Assembly (NCBI GenBank): GCA_012295275.1
Contig: CM022676.1
Span: 7,874,001 to 7,938,000, forward strand
Direction of reading: 5' to 3'
Length of the DNA stretch: 64,000 bases
Origin: Chrysomallon squamiferum
Lineage: Eukaryota; Animalia; Mollusca
Below are positions 61,406-64,000 of this stretch, piece after piece. Made by a program: the position numbers and the translations under genes. Positions within the stretch are counted from its first letter, which is position 1. Each line of letters opens with the position of its first letter. The notes beneath the pieces were generated by a model. The model worked only from the letters and a program-made list of their open reading frames with translations, was not told where the DNA came from and did no database searches.

Positions 61406-62228
61406 ATGAGTTGTAAGTTGTTCTGTGTGTTCGTGTTACTGGGATTTATTTGTATTGTACGTACAAGGTATGTATTTTATATTATCACATTATTTATCAG
61501 TATCTGAGTTAATCTCAGTAACTGTGAGATCTGGGTGGATTATACGTTATATATGGATGGCGATTATAACCCGGTGAATCTCTGCTACGCATTACTGACT
61601 AGTGTAAACTGAAATGCATAATTGTGTGATTCGAACTTTTTATATATATTTGTATTAAAAGTGAGACAATAACAAAACATAGCATAATATGACAGTCTGT
61701 AACACAAATTCATGCAACATAATATAATGCAATGTAATATTATATAACAAATCTTAAGAAAGTAATAATAATTATGAAACTACTACTACTACCACTACTA
61801 CTACTACTACTACAGCTACTACTACTACTAATAATAAGCATAACATAATTTAGCAACAAGGTAATTATAAACAAATAATTTGATTTAATTTAATTTATAT
61901 TAATTTTATTTTATTATAATTTTATTTAATTTAATTTAATTTAATTTAATTTTTTTAATTTATACACAGTATTAACAACATCATTCAGATATGCAGTTAT
62001 TGGATAACCTTTTAGTTTTACTTGTGAAGGAAATCGTTCTGTCTTTCTTTCTTCTATTATTGCATGGTTTGTCAATGATATTTTCGTAATGAACATCCAA
62101 AGAATACATTTTTTAACTGTTCATGTAAACTAATCATTCTCACAATAAGATCTGTCAACCTCAGTCAACTTGGAACAGATGTGGACTTTACAGGCCAAAC
62201 AACAATGAAATAAAAACTGAAGTGAAAG
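61406..62228 (+). pseudogene. Pseudogene E: frameshifted leader exon (61406-61467) and decayed V exon (~61970-62228)
   Basis: Leader is 62 nt versus 58 nt (4-nt insertion). V remnant has a GGA-TAA stop and internal deletions but retains TTAACAACATCA, GCATGGTTTGTCAAT and GAAGTGAAAG|gt. Confidence 0.8.
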
Positions 62229-62679
62229 GTGAAAATAACTTATTTATTATTAATATTATTACAATACGTATTAGATGTTAAAACCCCCAACAAATTCTCA
62301 ATTTCATGATGAGGCATTTGCCTCATTTGTCTGAATGTAGTTACAGCCATGCTATGTATAGGTTTTTATATATATGCTATGTATGGGTTTTGACACAAAA
62401 CAGTAGATCAACGTAAAATTAAAAAAGGACAAAGAACGGCGTGTTTCGTGGTAGAATATAAAATTACCCCCGATTAACGAGAAACCTTTTTTCTTACGTA
62501 CGTCTGATTAGAGTCTGCATGTAGAAAACATTCAGTAAGGTCATCCAGGTTCAGACGAATGACGTGTGAAGCGATGTGTTAGTGTGTATATTTGTATATA
62601 TAACTATATGAATGTATACATGTATGTATATGTGTGTCTCTCTCTCTATATATATATACACATACACACACGTGTGTGT

Positions 62680-64000
62680 TCTTACATACATAATTATATA
62701 TTTACAGATATCTAGACAATGAATTTGTGGATAGACGGATAGAGGAATGAATGGATGGATGGGTACAGTGATGTAAAGAATGAAAGAAAAATCAGATAGA
62801 GAAACAGATGGACATAGACAGAGTAACATAAATAGACAATTATAGAATAAAAAAGAGAGGTGTCTAAAAAGAAAACAATGGTTGAAGTAGAAAAATCGAT
62901 GGAGAAAGTGTGAATTAAAAAAATTAAAATTAAAATACACACAAACAGATGAACAGACTTGGAAGATAAAAATCAAAAACTTTATTTTTTGAGTACGAAG
63001 AGAAGCATTAAAGTATAACATAAAATTGGAAAACTCATTTAGTATGTAAAAGGAAAGAAAACAACAACATGGAAATCTTTTCTATTTTTTATTTTTATTT
63101 TTATTTATTTTTATTATTTTTTAATGATTCCTCTTTCTGAATAACTTTTAGGTTTGGATAATATGTCATATGAACAATCTGCTGTACATTTCTCGAAATT
63201 TCGAATGCTGAGAAAAAGAAAAAACAAATCACTAATAACTTTTCATGACAAAGGAGGTAATTTTACTAATTTATTGAATATAATATTTTAGTAATGCATC
63301 CATATTCAGACTTGCAAAAGTGTTCAGATATATGTGATTAGATCAGTTTCATTGAAATCTTTTATTACATTGTCAGATATCATTTCTTCAATTGTTTTCG
63401 CAATAAATATTATTTTGTAATGTAGTGTTATTGTTATAGTATGCATTTGTACATGTTAAATGAAGTCGAACCCGTTTATTTCAATACAAAAAAAAAAAAA
63501 AAACCTAATATGGAGGGACACTCCTCAGCTTTTACAAAATCATCATAAAATCGTCATATTGAATTATGCCTTATTGAATCTAAACTTATTATAAATATAT
63601 GAAAAACTCAAAAGTATAACGAAACAATGAAACCTTGTTAGATATGGGTTAGAAGATCTAGAGTAAATGTTCTTGTTAGTATAAATATCTGTAAATCTAG
63701 ATTTATTTTTCCATTATCAGACATGAACTTCATTTCTTTTGTCATGCAAGAAAAGAGACACTTTCTTGAGGTCATTATCCTACGTCAGAGAAAGAAAGAA
63801 ATAAAAAAACTAAAAAAAAGTGCGAATATGAACAAAATTTCATTTCTTGGACATCATCGCGGGAAGATATTACTGCGATTGACCAAAATTTGTTTATTTT
63901 TTTGTAATGTGTCAGTTTGTAAATACGTCAATTTTATGTGATAAATCTGACGAAATTTCAACTTAGTTACGGTCACAGTTTAACAATGGTAATGAATGAT
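62680..64000 (+). repeat. Duplicated segment paralogous to ~25680-27480
   Basis: Shared colinear motifs, e.g. CCCGTTTATTTCAATA, TATGGAGGGACACTCCTC, TTCTTGGACATCATC. Confidence 0.7.

Overview
AT-rich, microsatellite-dense eukaryotic (animal) DNA with GT-AG introns and one 200-N assembly gap. An invertebrate, perhaps a mollusc, is plausible but is only an inference. Reading splice sites by hand, almost the whole window is a rearranged cluster of one immunoglobulin-superfamily (CEACAM-like architecture) type-I receptor family. Gene C (minus, 36990-45250, 11 exons, 567 aa) is complete: signal peptide, V-like, I/C2-like, V-like, I/C2-like, TM, then a tail of repeated ~105-nt phase-1 exons, two of which encode canonical ITAMs (YxxL-x8-YxxL). 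Gene D (minus, 49051-58505) has the same layout but no recognisable leader exon. Gene B (plus, 19178-24737, running into the gap) has lost three Ig domains and all repeat-exon tyrosines. Gene A (minus) leaves the left edge. Also present: an orphan cytoplasmic tail, five V pseudo-exons (four in ~3.1-kb tandem cassettes sharing one frameshift), two decayed Tc1 (DD34E) elements, two copies of an unclassified ~1-kb insertion and a hairpin-containing ~240-280-bp tandem array. N-terminal V domains vary most in CDR-like loops. The overall picture is a diversifying, paired-receptor-like immune or allorecognition locus (inference). Gene labels A-F are mine. All exon models are manual and lack transcript evidence.
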